Source of the DNA: Bryobacteraceae bacterium
GTDB lineage: Bacteria > Acidobacteriota > Terriglobia > Bryobacterales > Bryobacteraceae
Assembly (NCBI GenBank): GCA_046331645.1
Contig: JAXLQM010000001.1
Location: 152,473 to 216,472 of the forward strand
Direction of reading: 5' to 3'
DNA length: 64,000 nt
In this document: positions 30,054 to 40,962 of the stretch, piece by piece
How positions within the stretch are numbered: the first letter of the stretch is position 1
How the letters are laid out: every line of letters begins with the position of its first letter
Notes under the pieces: generated by a model
Told to the model about the DNA's origin: nothing
Seen by the model: only the letters and a program-made list of their open reading frames with translations
Database searches by the model: none
Made by a program: the position numbers and the translations under genes

Positions 30054-30974
30054 ATGCCGATCAAGATTCATGACAGTCTCCCTGCCCGCGGGGTTCTCGA
30101 AGAAGAAGGCGTTCTGGTGATGGGAGAGACCGATGCGGTGCGCCAGGACATCCGGCCGCTGCGCATCGGGGTTTTGAACCTCATGCCCAACAAGATTGTC
30201 ACGGAGGCGCAGTTCGCCAGGCTGATTGGCGCGACTCCGCTGCAGGTGGAACTGGAACTGGTGCGCATTACCAACCATGTGGCACGCCACACATCGATGG
30301 ACCACCTGATCTCGTTTTACCGCCCGTGGGAGGACGTCCGGCAGGAGCGATTCGATGGCTTCATCATCACGGGTGCTCCGGTGGAGCATCTGCCGTTTGA
30401 ACAGGTCAGCTACTGGGATGAACTGCGGCGGATCTTCGATTGGTCGCAGACGAATGTTCACCGCTGTCTGAACGTGTGCTGGGGGGCGCAAGCGGCGTTG
30501 CATCATTTCCATGGCGTACCGAAGCACGCTCTTCCGGAGAAGGCGTTCGGCATCTTCCATCATGAGAACCTGGTGCCTGCTTCGCCGTTCATGCGCGGAT
30601 TCTCGGATGATTTCTATGTGCCGGTGTCCCGCTGGACGGAGGTGCGGCGGGAGGATCTTCCGGGGGATCGCGGCCTGACGGTGCTGGCCGAGAGCAAGGA
30701 CACGGGCTTGTGCCTGGTGGACGATGCCTCGCACCGGTCTTTGCACATGTTCAACCATCTCGAATACGACACCTGCTCACTGGCCGAGGAATACCGCCGC
30801 GACCTCGAGTCGGGCTCTCCGATCTCCATTCCCAAGAATTACTTTCCGCAGGACGATACGGCACGGATGCCGGAGAACCGCTGGCGCAGCCATGCCCACC
30901 TGCTGATTGGGAACTGGCTGAACGAGATGTACCAGACAGTGCCGTTTGACTGGGTTTCGAACGGAAATAAGTAA
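30054..30974 (+). CDS. metA: Homoserine O-acyltransferase (O-succinyl/O-acetyl), MetA family.
   Basis: [23 protein letters not shown]…[12 protein letters not shown]…[11 protein letters not shown]…[12 protein letters not shown]…[20 protein letters not shown]… is the canonical MetA sequence. Confidence 0.85.
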   Translation: MPIKIHDSLPARGVLEEEGVLVMGETDAVRQDIRPLRIGVLNLMPNKIVTEAQFARLIGATPLQVELELVRITNHVARHTSMDHLISFYRPWEDVRQERFDGFIITGAPVEHLPFEQVSYWDELRRIFDWSQTNVHRCLNVCWGAQAALHHFHGVPKHALPEKAFGIFHHENLVPASPFMRGFSDDFYVPVSRWTEVRREDLPGDRGLTVLAESKDTGLCLVDDASHRSLHMFNHLEYDTCSLAEEYRRDLESGSPISIPKNYFPQDDTARMPENRWRSHAHLLIGNWLNEMYQTVPFDWVSNGNK

Positions 30975-31045
30975 GTTCCGATTTCGGGAACATTCCTTCC
31001 GGGTGCACGTATAGCAACAGTGGCGGCCTTTTAAGGAAGGCTCCT

Positions 31046-32956
31046 ATGTTAACCACACTGTTATTGGTGGGATTGGGCGCGATTCTTATCGCCAGCGTTC
31101 TGATCCTGCCGTCCATCGTTCGCATTGCCCCCACGGAAGTGGGGCTTGTGACCAAACGTTTCTCCGGGCGAAAGCTAAGCGAAGACAACCCAATCGCACT
31201 TGAAGGCGAAGCGGGCTACCAGGCCGATCTGTTAATGCCGGGGCTCGGATTCCGCTTTTGGCTGCTGTACGCCGTGGAGAAACATCCCTGGGTTCAGATT
31301 CCCGCCGGTCAGATCGGTGTAGTCATTGCGCAGGCCGGCCAACCATTGCCTATGGGCGCGAAATCAGCTGTGTACCGGAAAGAATTCGGGCAGTTTGAAG
31401 ATCTCCGCTCGTTCGTCAAACAGGGAGGGCAGAAGGGCGTGCAACGCCCGGTGCTGTCACCCGGCACGACACTGCCGATTCACCCTGTGGGCTTTCTGGT
31501 GATTACGCGGGACCGCGTTTTTGGCGTGCCCATTTCGCCGGAATTACAGAAATTGAAGGCGCTTTCGCCGGAGCATTTCGGCTTACCGCATGGCGACCTG
31601 GAAGTGGTCCGCATCGACCGCGGGCAAGGCGAACAGCGGGACATGATCGGGATCGTGACCTCGCTCGAAGGCGACCCGCTGCCGAGCGGCGACATCGCCA
31701 GCCGGTTGAATGCGTTCACTGACATCGAAGCCATGGAGGCGCGCAACGCCTCCGATTCGGACGTCATCGAAACGCTGCTTGGCAACAAGAATGCCGACCA
31801 CAACAACTACCAGGACTTTCAGGCGTTCCTGGACCATGGCGGGCGCATCGGCTTGCAGCATGACCCGCTGCTTTATGGCGCCTACACGCTGAATCCGTTC
31901 CTGATCAAAGTGGAAAAGGTCCCGATGCTGGTGGTGGAGCAGGGCCAGGTGGCAGTGATCAAGTCGTATGTCGGTTTGACGCCGAAGGACACCTCGGGCC
32001 CCGAATTCAAATTCGGCAGCCTGGTGCGGCCGGGCCACCGCGGCATCTGGCATGAGCCGCTGCGAACGGGCAAATACCCGATCAACCCCTATTGCTACAA
32101 GGCGGAGATCGTGCCGACGGCGATCCTCACCCTGAACTGGGCCGATCGTGTTTCGTCGGCGCACAATCTGGACGCGAAGCTGGAACAGATTGTCGCCAAG
32201 AGCAGCGAGGGTTTCGTGTTCAAGATTGATTTGCAGGTGCAGATCCATGTGCCGGACACGAAGGCGCCGCGCGTGATCTCAACGGTAGCCTCCATGCGCA
32301 ACCTGGTGGACGAAGTGCTGCAGGCGGCGGTGGGCAACCACTTCCGCGATACGCTGCAGAGCATGCCCGCGGTGCGCTTCATTGAGACGCGTCAGGAAGT
32401 GCAGCGCCAGGCACTGGCGCACATCCGCGAACAGCTTGCCGCTTATCACGTGGAGACTCCGGGCGTGTATATCCAGGATGTGGTGTTCCCGGCGGACATG
32501 GTGGAAGTACTGACGCGGCGCGAAATCGCCAAGCAGGAAGTGGCCACGTTTGAACAGCAGCGCATGGCCCAGGAACAGCGCATCAAGACCGAGCAGGCTC
32601 GTGGTACGGCCGATATGCAGGCCGATCTGGCGAAGTCGAAGGTCGGCGTCGATATCCGGCAGAACAACGCCAATGCGCGCAAGGCCGAAGCGGATGGTGA
32701 GTCGTTCTACATCGAACGCACAGGTGCGGCCAAAGGCGCCGAAGTGCGTGCGGTGGGTCTGGCTCGCGCCGAAGGTTACGAGGCGCAGGTGAAGGCGTTT
32801 GGCGGAACGACGGCGACGATGGTGGTGAACGCCATTGAAGCGCTGTCGAAGAGCCAGGTGCCGATCATGCCCAATATCCTGGTGACCAGCGGCGGCTCGA
32901 CGTTTGAGGCCTTAGCCGCCGCCATGCTGCAGCAAGTGCAGCAGCGCAAAAGCTGA
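31046..32956 (+). CDS. SPFH/band-7 (flotillin-like) protein, 636 aa, N-terminal TM.
   Basis: N-terminal TM LLLVGLGAILIASVLILP, SPFH core (IVPTAILTLNWADRVSSAHNLDAKLEQIVAKSSEGFVFKIDLQVQIHV), then a long Ala/Glu/Gln/Arg-rich coiled-coil (flotillin-type). Confidence 0.75.
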   Translation: MLTTLLLVGLGAILIASVLILPSIVRIAPTEVGLVTKRFSGRKLSEDNPIALEGEAGYQADLLMPGLGFRFWLLYAVEKHPWVQIPAGQIGVVIAQAGQPLPMGAKSAVYRKEFGQFEDLRSFVKQGGQKGVQRPVLSPGTTLPIHPVGFLVITRDRVFGVPISPELQKLKALSPEHFGLPHGDLEVVRIDRGQGEQRDMIGIVTSLEGDPLPSGDIASRLNAFTDIEAMEARNASDSDVIETLLGNKNADHNNYQDFQAFLDHGGRIGLQHDPLLYGAYTLNPFLIKVEKVPMLVVEQGQVAVIKSYVGLTPKDTSGPEFKFGSLVRPGHRGIWHEPLRTGKYPINPYCYKAEIVPTAILTLNWADRVSSAHNLDAKLEQIVAKSSEGFVFKIDLQVQIHVPDTKAPRVISTVASMRNLVDEVLQAAVGNHFRDTLQSMPAVRFIETRQEVQRQALAHIREQLAAYHVETPGVYIQDVVFPADMVEVLTRREIAKQEVATFEQQRMAQEQRIKTEQARGTADMQADLAKSKVGVDIRQNNANARKAEADGESFYIERTGAAKGAEVRAVGLARAEGYEAQVKAFGGTTATMVVNAIEALSKSQVPIMPNILVTSGGSTFEALAAAMLQQVQQRKS

Positions 32957-32958
32957 CG

Positions 32959-33399
32959 CTACTTCATTGCGGAGAAATCGGTGGGGTCGATATAAATCGA
33001 CTCCACTTTCTCCACGATTTTGCCATTGGCTTCCGAGGCCGTCTGGACTTTCTTCCACTCCGGATCGGCGCGGAAGCCATCCCAGCTTTTCTTGGCGGCG
33101 TCGCGGCTTTCGTGAGCCAGCAGGTAGACGAGGGTGTTGTCTTTCTTGGGGGCATCCTGGGGGACGCCATACCAGACGTTCTTCATGCCGTGGCGTTCGA
33201 AGATCTTGGTGGTGTGATTGCGGAAGCGGGCCAGAAGATCGTTCAGCTTGCCGGGATGCGTGTAGTAGGTGCGGAGTTCGTAGACCATAGGTTTCTTGGC
33301 GGCCTTGCCGCGTTCTTCCCCGGCGAAGAAGCCGAGAGCGAAGATGCCTGTGACAATGGCAATGCGGGTGGCGATGCGGAGCACGTTGCGTGGGAACAT
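32959..33399 (-). CDS. NIPSNAP-family protein with an N-terminal signal/anchor.
   Basis: YELRTYYTHPGKLNDLLARFRNHTTKIFERHGMKNVWYG…YLLAHESRDAAKKSWDGFRADPEWKKV matches the NIPSNAP dimeric alpha/beta-barrel. Confidence 0.7.
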   Translation of the reverse strand: MFPRNVLRIATRIAIVTGIFALGFFAGEERGKAAKKPMVYELRTYYTHPGKLNDLLARFRNHTTKIFERHGMKNVWYGVPQDAPKKDNTLVYLLAHESRDAAKKSWDGFRADPEWKKVQTASEANGKIVEKVESIYIDPTDFSAMK

Positions 33400-33444
33400 A
33401 AACGCCTATTGTATGTCTGTGCGGGCGGGTTTGTGTAGATCGGC

Positions 33445-35613
33445 TCAGATCTGCCCGCTCGATTGGGAGCGGGCGCGGGCCGGTTGCGTCAACCAGCGAT
33501 CCAGCGTTTGACGCAACACTTCCAGGTGGACGGGCTTGGTGATGTAGTCGTCCATGCCCGATTTGAGGCAGCGTTCTTTTTCGGCGTGCAGGGCGTGGGC
33601 CGTGAGGGCGATGATGGGGATATGGTGGTGGCCGCGTTCTCTTTCGCGAATTTCCCGCGTGGCCTCAAAGCCATCCATTTCCGGCATCATGCAATCCATG
33701 ATCACCGCGGCGTAGCGCTCGCCGCCGTTCATCATTTCGAGGGCGAAGCGGCCGTTGGCAGCGACTTCGACGCGATAGCCGAGTTTCTCCAACATGCGCA
33801 GGGCGACCTTCTGGTTGATGGGGTTGTCTTCCACCAGAAGGATACACTGCATGTCGCCGCCGGGCGTGGGATCGGAGGCGGCATCTCCGTGGGGAACCTG
33901 GATATCAGGGCCAAAGCGGGCCGTGCACAGCGCCTTCCACAATTGCGACGGCCGCATCGGCTTGGAGACGAATGCATCAAAGCCATCGGTGGCGAGGTCC
34001 CCGTTGCCGTTCCACTTTCCGAAAGCCAGAACTCCGACGGAGGGAATGCGCCCGATGGAGCGGACCCGCTCCAGCATGGCATTGCTGCTGTGGGGGCCGT
34101 GCGAATCGCCATCGAGAAGCACCATGTCGTAGGGCTTCCCTGCCTGCCGGGCGCGAATCAGTTCGGCCAGCGCAGCGTCGATCTGAGATGCGGCGAAGGC
34201 ATCGATGCTCCACAGCCGCATTTGGCTGGCGGCCACCCCGGCGGCGGCGGAATAGCGGGCCAGGGTCAGCACGCGCTGGCCGGCAAGCGCCGAGGAATCA
34301 AAGAATTGTTCGTTGGGGAGGCGACGGCAGCGGACGGTGAACCAGAATCGGGAACCTTTGCCGTGTCCGCATTTGAATCCGATATCTCCCTGCATCATTT
34401 CCACCAGGCGTTTGGAGATGGTGAGTCCGAGACCAGCCCCGCCGTATTGGGCCGCATGCTCGGTTTTTCCCTGCAGAAACGGCTGGAAAATACGGCCATG
34501 GTCTTCCTGCGAGATGCCTGGCCCCGTGTCGAGGACTTCGGTGCGGATGACAATTTCGTGAGCGAGCGATTCTTCCAGGGTGGTGCGGATCAGGATGTGG
34601 CCGTTTTCGGTGAATTTGAGCGCATTCCCGGCGATGTTCAGTAAAACCTGGCGAATACGGCGGGCGTCACCGATCAGTTGCAGGGGGATAGCCGGATCGA
34701 ATTCGGTCAGCAACTCGATGCCCTTGCCTTGCGCGAGCGGGCCCAGAAGTTCGACGACATCTTCATAAGGACGGTGGAATTCGAAGTGTTGGGGATCGAG
34801 TTGCACGCGGCCGGATTCGAGGGCTGAGAAATCAATCACCTCATTCATGATGTCGAGCAAGGCGGTGGTGGACCGCTCCAGCGTCTGCGTCAGGTCTCGC
34901 TGTTCAGGGCTGAGGCGCGTGTCCATGAGGAGACGTGTCATCCCCAGAACTCCGTTGAGCGGCGTGCGGATTTCGTGGCTGAGGTTGGCCAGCAGGTCAT
35001 GCTTGATGCGCAATGCCTGGCCGGCATCTGCACGGGCATTGTCCAACTCGGCCTGCAACTCGGGGATGCGGCGCTCCGCTTCGGCGATGGACAGCGCCTG
35101 GCGATGCACCAGTGCCGCGAACATGGCGCTCAGCACCGCGGTGATGGCGACGATGCAGGTGGACAGCAGCAGGGTCTTCGGTTCCTGTGGCTGGTAGAGG
35201 AACAGTGCGCCTTGCAGCAGGATGGCGCCAACGCCGCCGCCGAGCGGAAGCAGTGTTTCGCCATGAAGCGCCAGGGCGGGCAGGATAAAGGCGGCGAACA
35301 GGGGGAAATAGAGCGGGTGAATGGTGTAGGCCGCCGCAGTGATCGAAAGCAGCGAGACGATGCCTACTCCCCGTGCGCCACGGCTCTCCGGCAGGAATGC
35401 CACGGCCAAGTAGGAGGCCAAGTTGGCGACGACCGCGAGCGCGGTGAAGCGAAGCGTGTCCGTGCCCAGGGGCGGCAGTAGAACCAGCAGCGCGGAAGAA
35501 AGCAACAGCACCCAACGAAAGATACGGTCAGCGGATTCACTCGTGATGATCTGCTGGAGTGCGCGCGAGGCGTGTCCCCACTTGGTGACGGGGCTGAGCG
35601 GTGGCAATGACAA
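33445..35613 (-). CDS. Hybrid sensor histidine kinase / response regulator.
   Basis: Multi-TM N-terminus, HisKA (LANLSHEIRTPLNGVLGMTRLL), HATPase_c (LDTGPGIS…GGAGLGLTISKRLVEMM), and a C-terminal REC domain (ILLVEDNPINQKVALRMLEKLGYRVEVAANG…DCMMPEMDGFEATREIR). Confidence 0.85.
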   Translation of the reverse strand: MSLPPLSPVTKWGHASRALQQIITSESADRIFRWVLLLSSALLVLLPPLGTDTLRFTALAVVANLASYLAVAFLPESRGARGVGIVSLLSITAAAYTIHPLYFPLFAAFILPALALHGETLLPLGGGVGAILLQGALFLYQPQEPKTLLLSTCIVAITAVLSAMFAALVHRQALSIAEAERRIPELQAELDNARADAGQALRIKHDLLANLSHEIRTPLNGVLGMTRLLMDTRLSPEQRDLTQTLERSTTALLDIMNEVIDFSALESGRVQLDPQHFEFHRPYEDVVELLGPLAQGKGIELLTEFDPAIPLQLIGDARRIRQVLLNIAGNALKFTENGHILIRTTLEESLAHEIVIRTEVLDTGPGISQEDHGRIFQPFLQGKTEHAAQYGGAGLGLTISKRLVEMMQGDIGFKCGHGKGSRFWFTVRCRRLPNEQFFDSSALAGQRVLTLARYSAAAGVAASQMRLWSIDAFAASQIDAALAELIRARQAGKPYDMVLLDGDSHGPHSSNAMLERVRSIGRIPSVGVLAFGKWNGNGDLATDGFDAFVSKPMRPSQLWKALCTARFGPDIQVPHGDAASDPTPGGDMQCILLVEDNPINQKVALRMLEKLGYRVEVAANGRFALEMMNGGERYAAVIMDCMMPEMDGFEATREIRERERGHHHIPIIALTAHALHAEKERCLKSGMDDYITKPVHLEVLRQTLDRWLTQPARARSQSSGQI

Positions 35614-35716
35614 AATCTGGACTCCGCTTCCGGTACAGGCGAAACTGTCTGCACTGTATTTGTATCTTAATTCTGTCCGAAAACAGAGAAAAAGTCCATT
35701 GTCAAGTTGGTGCGGG

Positions 35717-36958
35717 TTAAGTTTTTGGGCTGGACAGGAGGGTTTCCAGGGCTGTGGCCAGGCGTTGTTCCAGGCCGGATTTGCTATCTTGTTCTATCAC
35801 AATGACATGAGTACTGGCAGTACTTTCCGGGCGCCAGCGGGCGAGGAAGCGTCCGGAAGCGTGTCCGGCGAAGATCACCACCATCGGGACCCCGCTGGCC
35901 GCGGCCACATGCTGGCCGGCCGAGTCGTAGCCGAGATAGAAATCGGACCGGGAAATGCTTGCGGCAAAAGGGGCAAATGCGCCGGTCCAGGTGGAAACAT
36001 TGGAGAATCCGAGGACTGCGCGGTCGACACGGGCCGATTCTTCTTCTGATCCGCCGCGATCGACCAAAACGGAGCTGGATTTCCCCGCCAGCATGCCAAT
36101 AACCGCGCGTTCAAACTCGTCTCCGGCGCGTTTGGCGGGGTTTTCGCCCACACCCAGGCTGACCGTGGCTTGGGCCCGTCCGGCATCGGTGAGCGGAGCG
36201 AGAAAGGCTTTGGGCGGTTGTGCCAGGCCGAAGGTATGGGCGCACCACTGCGCGGTGAGTGCGGTGATAGTCGAGTCGGAGTACTCGCCGTAGCTGCGGC
36301 TTTCAAAGAAGTAGTACTGTTCTTCGGGGCAAACCGGGAGCAGACCGAGTTGCGTCAAGCGGGAATCGGGATCGATGACAATCGAGCCGGGCGCACTGAG
36401 CGACGCGGCCAGAGCAGGGAAGACGGAGAGCCGTTCCCTTAGGAGTCCTTCGCGCCGGTAGGGACTCGCCATGTGGCGGATGCGCGGGTCGGCGGCGAAC
36501 ATCTCGTAGTTCTTGGCCGGGCCGACGAAGACGATTTCGGCTTCGGGAAAACGCTGCTTGGCGGCATTGAGGGCAACGCTGGTGACGGCGATGTCCGCGC
36601 CCAGGGTCACACGGCTGAGCACGAACACCTTCCGCGGGTCAGGGCCGCTGAAGCGCCGTGGCAGACGGATCCGCCGGTAGCGCGCCAGCAAATCCTCGGC
36701 ACGCAGATCGGGCAGCGCATAGGCAATCGTTTCGCTGAACAGCGATGCGTAGCAATCGACGAGACACGGCTCGAAGAGATCTCCGAGCCGTTCCACGACG
36801 ATTCCAAACAAGGCATGAGAGGCATGCCGGGCCTGCGCCGCGTCGGCGCTTAGCGCATAGCGCAGCAGCATCTCCAGCAACTCCGAGGAATAGGAGTTGC
36901 CGCGCAGGCACTGATTGAGAAGCTCGATCGCGAGATCGTCAGGCGAGATACTTTCCAA
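35717..36958 (-). CDS. Glycosyltransferase family 9 (heptosyltransferase-like) protein with a ~110-aa N-terminal extension.
   Basis: KVFVLSRVTLGADIAVTSVALNAAKQRFPEAEIVFVG and GYDSAGQHVAAASGVPMVVIFAG match GT9 N- and C-terminal motifs. Confidence 0.65.
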   Translation of the reverse strand: MESISPDDLAIELLNQCLRGNSYSSELLEMLLRYALSADAAQARHASHALFGIVVERLGDLFEPCLVDCYASLFSETIAYALPDLRAEDLLARYRRIRLPRRFSGPDPRKVFVLSRVTLGADIAVTSVALNAAKQRFPEAEIVFVGPAKNYEMFAADPRIRHMASPYRREGLLRERLSVFPALAASLSAPGSIVIDPDSRLTQLGLLPVCPEEQYYFFESRSYGEYSDSTITALTAQWCAHTFGLAQPPKAFLAPLTDAGRAQATVSLGVGENPAKRAGDEFERAVIGMLAGKSSSVLVDRGGSEEESARVDRAVLGFSNVSTWTGAFAPFAASISRSDFYLGYDSAGQHVAAASGVPMVVIFAGHASGRFLARWRPESTASTHVIVIEQDSKSGLEQRLATALETLLSSPKT

Positions 36959-37862
36959 TGAGTAGCTCCAGCTTCTTGCGAGTGGTCTCGGGGATCGCCT
37001 TCTTGTCGGTGATCAGGGCGTGGGAGAGCGCGGACTGGCATTTGCAGGGAGCGCTTTCGGGAATCATGCCGACGGCGGCGGCCACCACCTTGGCGGCGTT
37101 CTCGGCGTTCTTGATCAAATGGGCGATGATTTCGTTCACGGTGACGGCGTCATGATCGGGATGCCAGCAATCGTAGTCGGTGACCATGGCCACGGTGACG
37201 TAGCACATCTCGGCTTCGCGGGCGAGCTTGGCTTCCTGCAGGTTGGTCATGCCGATGATGTCCATGCCCCACGAACGGTAAACGTTGGATTCGGCTTTGG
37301 TGGAAAAGGCCGGCCCTTCCATGCAGAGATAGGTGCCGCCCTGCTTGGAAGTAACCCCCACCTGCTGGCAGGCGCCGTGAACGATGTCGGAGAGCTGGCC
37401 GCAAACGGGATCGGCGAAGCTGATGTGGGCCACGCAGCCCTCGCCAAAGAAGGTGGAGACGCGGCCGCGGGTGCGGTCAAAAAACTGGTCCGGCAGGACG
37501 AACTCGAGCGGCTTGTGCTCTTCCTTCAGCGATCCGACGGCGCTGAGGGAAACAATGCGGCGCACACCGAGCTTTTTGAAGCCGTAAATATTGGCGCGGA
37601 AGTTCAGCTCCGAGGGGCTGATGCGATGCCCGCGCCCGTGGCGGGCGAGGAAGGCGACATTCTTGCCGCTGAGCGTGCCCACGACATAGGGGTCGGAAGG
37701 CGAGCCCCAGGGCGTGTCCATGACAACTTCTTCGTGGGCTTCAAATCCGGGCATGGAATAGAGCCCGCTGCCGCCAATGATTCCGATATCCGCGTTCAAG
37801 GTGAATGTGCTCCTAGATGAATTTGAGACGTAGGGATGGCCGCGCAACGCCGCGGCGCTCAA
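36939..37862 (-). CDS. mtnP: S-methyl-5'-thioadenosine phosphorylase.
   Basis: IGIIGGSGLY…GTLSGKNVAFLARHGRGHRISPSELNFRANIYGFKKLGV…VGSLKEE…MEGPAFSTKAESNVYRSWGMDIIGMTNLQEAKLAREAEMCY. The exact start is uncertain (N-terminal ~25 aa). Confidence 0.8.
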   Translation of the reverse strand: MSAAALRGHPYVSNSSRSTFTLNADIGIIGGSGLYSMPGFEAHEEVVMDTPWGSPSDPYVVGTLSGKNVAFLARHGRGHRISPSELNFRANIYGFKKLGVRRIVSLSAVGSLKEEHKPLEFVLPDQFFDRTRGRVSTFFGEGCVAHISFADPVCGQLSDIVHGACQQVGVTSKQGGTYLCMEGPAFSTKAESNVYRSWGMDIIGMTNLQEAKLAREAEMCYVTVAMVTDYDCWHPDHDAVTVNEIIAHLIKNAENAAKVVAAAVGMIPESAPCKCQSALSHALITDKKAIPETTRKKLELLIGKYLA

Positions 37863-37870
37863 CAGGGAAG

Positions 37871-38980
37871 TTATTCAATCCATCCTCCGCCCACTACCAG
37901 TTCGCCATCGTACAACACGGCGGCCTGACCTGGGGTGACGGCGCGCTGCGGCGTGTCGAAGACCACGCGGAAGCTCAGCGGGCCGGGGCAGGGATGAACA
38001 GTGGCCGGTGCGGCCTCATGCTTATTGCGGATCTTCACCTCGACGCGGCGCGGCGCGGTGAGGCGCTCGCAGTCGATCCAGTTGGCGCGGTTGGCGGTGA
38101 GCTCGGCGCGCAGCAGATCCTCATTGCGCCCGACAATCACCTGCTGTGTGGCCGGCTGTGTGGCGATGACATACAGCGGTTCCCCGGCGGCAATACCGAG
38201 CCCGCGGCGCTGGCCAACGGTGAAGTGATGGGTGCCTTCGTGACGGCCGAGTGTGCGGCCGTTCGTATCCACGATGTCGCCCTGTGTGCGCTCGCGGGTG
38301 AGGCCCTGCTCGGCGAAGTAGGCGTCGATAAAAGAGGCGTAATCGCCGTTGGGGACGAAGCAGATTTCCTGCGAATCGTGCTTTTCGGCCACCGGCACTT
38401 CGAGTTCGCGAGCCAGCTCGCGCACCTGCGGCTTGGTCATTTCGCCGAGCGGGAACATCGTATGCGCCAGTTGCTCCTGCGTCAGGCCCCAGAGGAAGTA
38501 GGTCTGATCCTTGGACCGGTCGACGGCGCGCAGCAACAGATGGCGGCCGGTGGTTTCGTCGCGGCGGATGCGGGCGTAGTGGCCGGTGGCGATCTGATCG
38601 GAACCCAAGCCTTCGGCCAGTTCCAGAAAATGATCGAACTTCACGAAGTTATTGCACAGCGTACAGGGGATGGGGGTGCGTCCGGAAAGATAATCGTCGA
38701 CAAAGGGGCGTACCACCTGGTCTTCGAACCGCTTCTCGAAGTTCACTACGTAGTAGGGAATGCCGAGCTGTTCGGCGACATAGCGGGCGTCGTAGACATC
38801 GTCGAGCGAACAGCAGCGGCCGGTGGCGCCTTCCACGGAAAGCGCGGGCAGCCGGCGCTGGTTCCACAACTGCATCGTCATGCCGACGATGGTGAGCCCC
38901 TGACGGCGCAGCAATGCGGCTACGGTAGAGCTATCCACTCCACCGGACATGGCAACGGCAATGGGCTTCGTATCAGGCAT
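37871..38980 (-). CDS. mnmA: tRNA-specific 2-thiouridylase.
   Basis: PP-loop [11 protein letters not shown], catalytic Cys motifs, and [13 protein letters not shown]. Confidence 0.9.
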   Translation of the reverse strand: MPDTKPIAVAMSGGVDSSTVAALLRRQGLTIVGMTMQLWNQRRLPALSVEGATGRCCSLDDVYDARYVAEQLGIPYYVVNFEKRFEDQVVRPFVDDYLSGRTPIPCTLCNNFVKFDHFLELAEGLGSDQIATGHYARIRRDETTGRHLLLRAVDRSKDQTYFLWGLTQEQLAHTMFPLGEMTKPQVRELARELEVPVAEKHDSQEICFVPNGDYASFIDAYFAEQGLTRERTQGDIVDTNGRTLGRHEGTHHFTVGQRRGLGIAAGEPLYVIATQPATQQVIVGRNEDLLRAELTANRANWIDCERLTAPRRVEVKIRNKHEAAPATVHPCPGPLSFRVVFDTPQRAVTPGQAAVLYDGELVVGGGWIE

Positions 38981-40124
38981 GGGAGTATGCGGGCGAAATC
39001 CGGCGCAGATGCTTCACCGATTCGGCGAGCGCGGCGGCAAGGGCATCCACTTGCGCTTCGGTGTTGCCGTGGCCGAGCGAGATGCGGATGCTTGATCGGG
39101 CCTGCTCCGGGGAAAGACCCATGGCCAGCAGCACGTGCGAAGGCTCCACGGCGCCGCTTGAACAGGCCGAGCCGCTGGAGATGGCGAAGCCTCGCAGGTC
39201 CATGGCGATGACCACCGCTTCGCCTTCGATGCCGTCGAGCCGGATGTTCGTCGTGTTGGCCAGCCGGTGGGTGCGATCGCCGTTGATGCGGGCATCGGGG
39301 ATGGCGTGGAGAATGGCGGATTCCAGACGATCGCGCAAGGCGGCGAGGCGAACCGCTTCCTCCCGGCCCTGGTGCAGCCACCAGTGCGCGGCGACACCGA
39401 ACGCCACGGCAGCCGGAACGTTCTCCGTCCCCGCGCGGCGATCGCGCTCATGATGACCGCCGAGGAGCTGCGATTTCAGCTTCAGTCCCTTGCGCACATA
39501 CAGCGCGCCAATGCCCTTCGGCGCATTCAGCTTGTGGGCGCTGATGGAATAAAGGTCGAAGCGCGACTCGTGGATGTTGAGCGGAAACTTGCCGGCGGCC
39601 TGCACGCCGTCGGAGTGGAAGAGGGCGCCGGCCTTGTGGGCCACTTCGGCGATTGCCACTAACGGCTGCAGTGTGCCGGTTTCGTTGTTGGCGTGCATCA
39701 CGGACACGAGCTTCGTGTTGGGGCGCACGGCGCGGGCGATGTCGTCGGGGGATACGATGCCCCCGGCGCCTGGCGCGACGAAGGTCACATCCACCCCGTT
39801 CTCGCGCAGGCGGGCGCAGGGGTTAAGGATGGCCGGATGCTCGATGGTAGAGGTGATGACATGATCGCCGGGCGCGGTGACGCCAAACAGCGCCAGATTG
39901 TTGGACTCGGTGCCGCCGCTGGTGAAGACAATGTCCTTGGCGTTGGAGCCGAGCAACGCGGCCACCTGGCGGCGTGCGCCTTCCAGCTTCTGTTTCGCTT
40001 CCTGTCCGTAATGATGGATACTGGAAGCGTTACCGTGGATCTCGCGCAGCGCAGCCGACAACGCCGCCAGCACTTCGTCGCGAAGCGGAGTGGTGGCGTT
40101 ATGGTCGAAATAATAGCGCTGCAT
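38973..40124 (-). CDS. Cysteine desulfurase (NifS/IscS class-V aminotransferase).
   Basis: YFDHNATTP…TSGGTESNN…[18 protein letters not shown] (PLP Lys) …SSGSACSSG (active Cys loop). Confidence 0.85.
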   Translation of the reverse strand: MQRYYFDHNATTPLRDEVLAALSAALREIHGNASSIHHYGQEAKQKLEGARRQVAALLGSNAKDIVFTSGGTESNNLALFGVTAPGDHVITSTIEHPAILNPCARLRENGVDVTFVAPGAGGIVSPDDIARAVRPNTKLVSVMHANNETGTLQPLVAIAEVAHKAGALFHSDGVQAAGKFPLNIHESRFDLYSISAHKLNAPKGIGALYVRKGLKLKSQLLGGHHERDRRAGTENVPAAVAFGVAAHWWLHQGREEAVRLAALRDRLESAILHAIPDARINGDRTHRLANTTNIRLDGIEGEAVVIAMDLRGFAISSGSACSSGAVEPSHVLLAMGLSPEQARSSIRISLGHGNTEAQVDALAAALAESVKHLRRISPAYSHA

Positions 40125-40167
40125 GGGAAAGTACCGCGGCGGAATCTATAACTTCATCATATCAAGC

Positions 40168-40959
40168 ATGCGCAGGCCGATCGTTACACTGACCACCGAT
40201 TTTGGACTGGAAGATCACTTCACGGGAGTGATGAAGGGAGTGATTCTCTCCATCGCCCCCAATGCGGAGATTGTCGATATCACTCATCGCATCAAACCAT
40301 ACGAAGTGACGGAAGGGGCCTTCGTGATGGCCCAGCATTACAAGTGGTTTCCTAAGAAGACGGTGCATGTGGCCGTAGTGGATCCGGGCGTGGGCAGCCT
40401 GCGCCGGCCGATTGTTGTCGAAGGCGGCGGATACACCTTCGTCGGGCCCGATAACGGCATCTTCAGCATGGTGATGGCGAAGGAAAAGTGTACGGTGCGG
40501 GAATTGACCGCGAAGCGCTACTTCCTGAAGACGGTGAGCGAAACATTCCACGGGCGGGACGTATTTGCGCCCGTAGCGGCGCACCTGGCCAAGGGCGTGG
40601 CGGCTTCGAAGCTGGGCAAGAAGGTGGATGATGCCTTGCGGCTTACGCTGGGCGAGGTGCAACGGACGGGAAAGCGCACCTGGAGCGGAACGATTCTCAA
40701 AATCGACCATTTCGGCAATATCATTACCAACTTTCACCGCGACGATTTTCCGACCCTGGGCCTGGAGCAGCCATTCGAACTGGCAGTGGGTCTGGAGAAG
40801 GTGTCGCAGTATGTGAGCAGCTACTCGCAGGCGGCCGAGACTGTGCCGTTCGTCATTTTCGGTAGTTCGGGGTACCTGGAAGTGGGCATCAATCAGGACA
40901 ACGCGGCGAAGCGATTGGGCGTGGGCGTTGGCGCTCCCGTGGATTTGACGCTGTGGTAA
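40168..40959 (+). CDS. SAM hydroxide adenosyltransferase family protein (DUF62; SalL/FlA fold).
   Basis: MRRPIVTLTTDFGLEDHFTGVMKGVILSIAPNAEIVDITH… and the C-terminal beta-barrel domain. ATG at 40168; the track start at 40123 would overlap divergent nifS. Confidence 0.75.
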   Translation: MRRPIVTLTTDFGLEDHFTGVMKGVILSIAPNAEIVDITHRIKPYEVTEGAFVMAQHYKWFPKKTVHVAVVDPGVGSLRRPIVVEGGGYTFVGPDNGIFSMVMAKEKCTVRELTAKRYFLKTVSETFHGRDVFAPVAAHLAKGVAASKLGKKVDDALRLTLGEVQRTGKRTWSGTILKIDHFGNIITNFHRDDFPTLGLEQPFELAVGLEKVSQYVSSYSQAAETVPFVIFGSSGYLEVGINQDNAAKRLGVGVGAPVDLTLW

Positions 40960-40962
40960 GCA

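Noticed and set aside
29601-30758. 385-aa minus-strand ORF.
   Set aside because: It is antisense to the metallophosphoesterase 3' end and metA. It has no homology, and the plus-strand genes are unambiguous.
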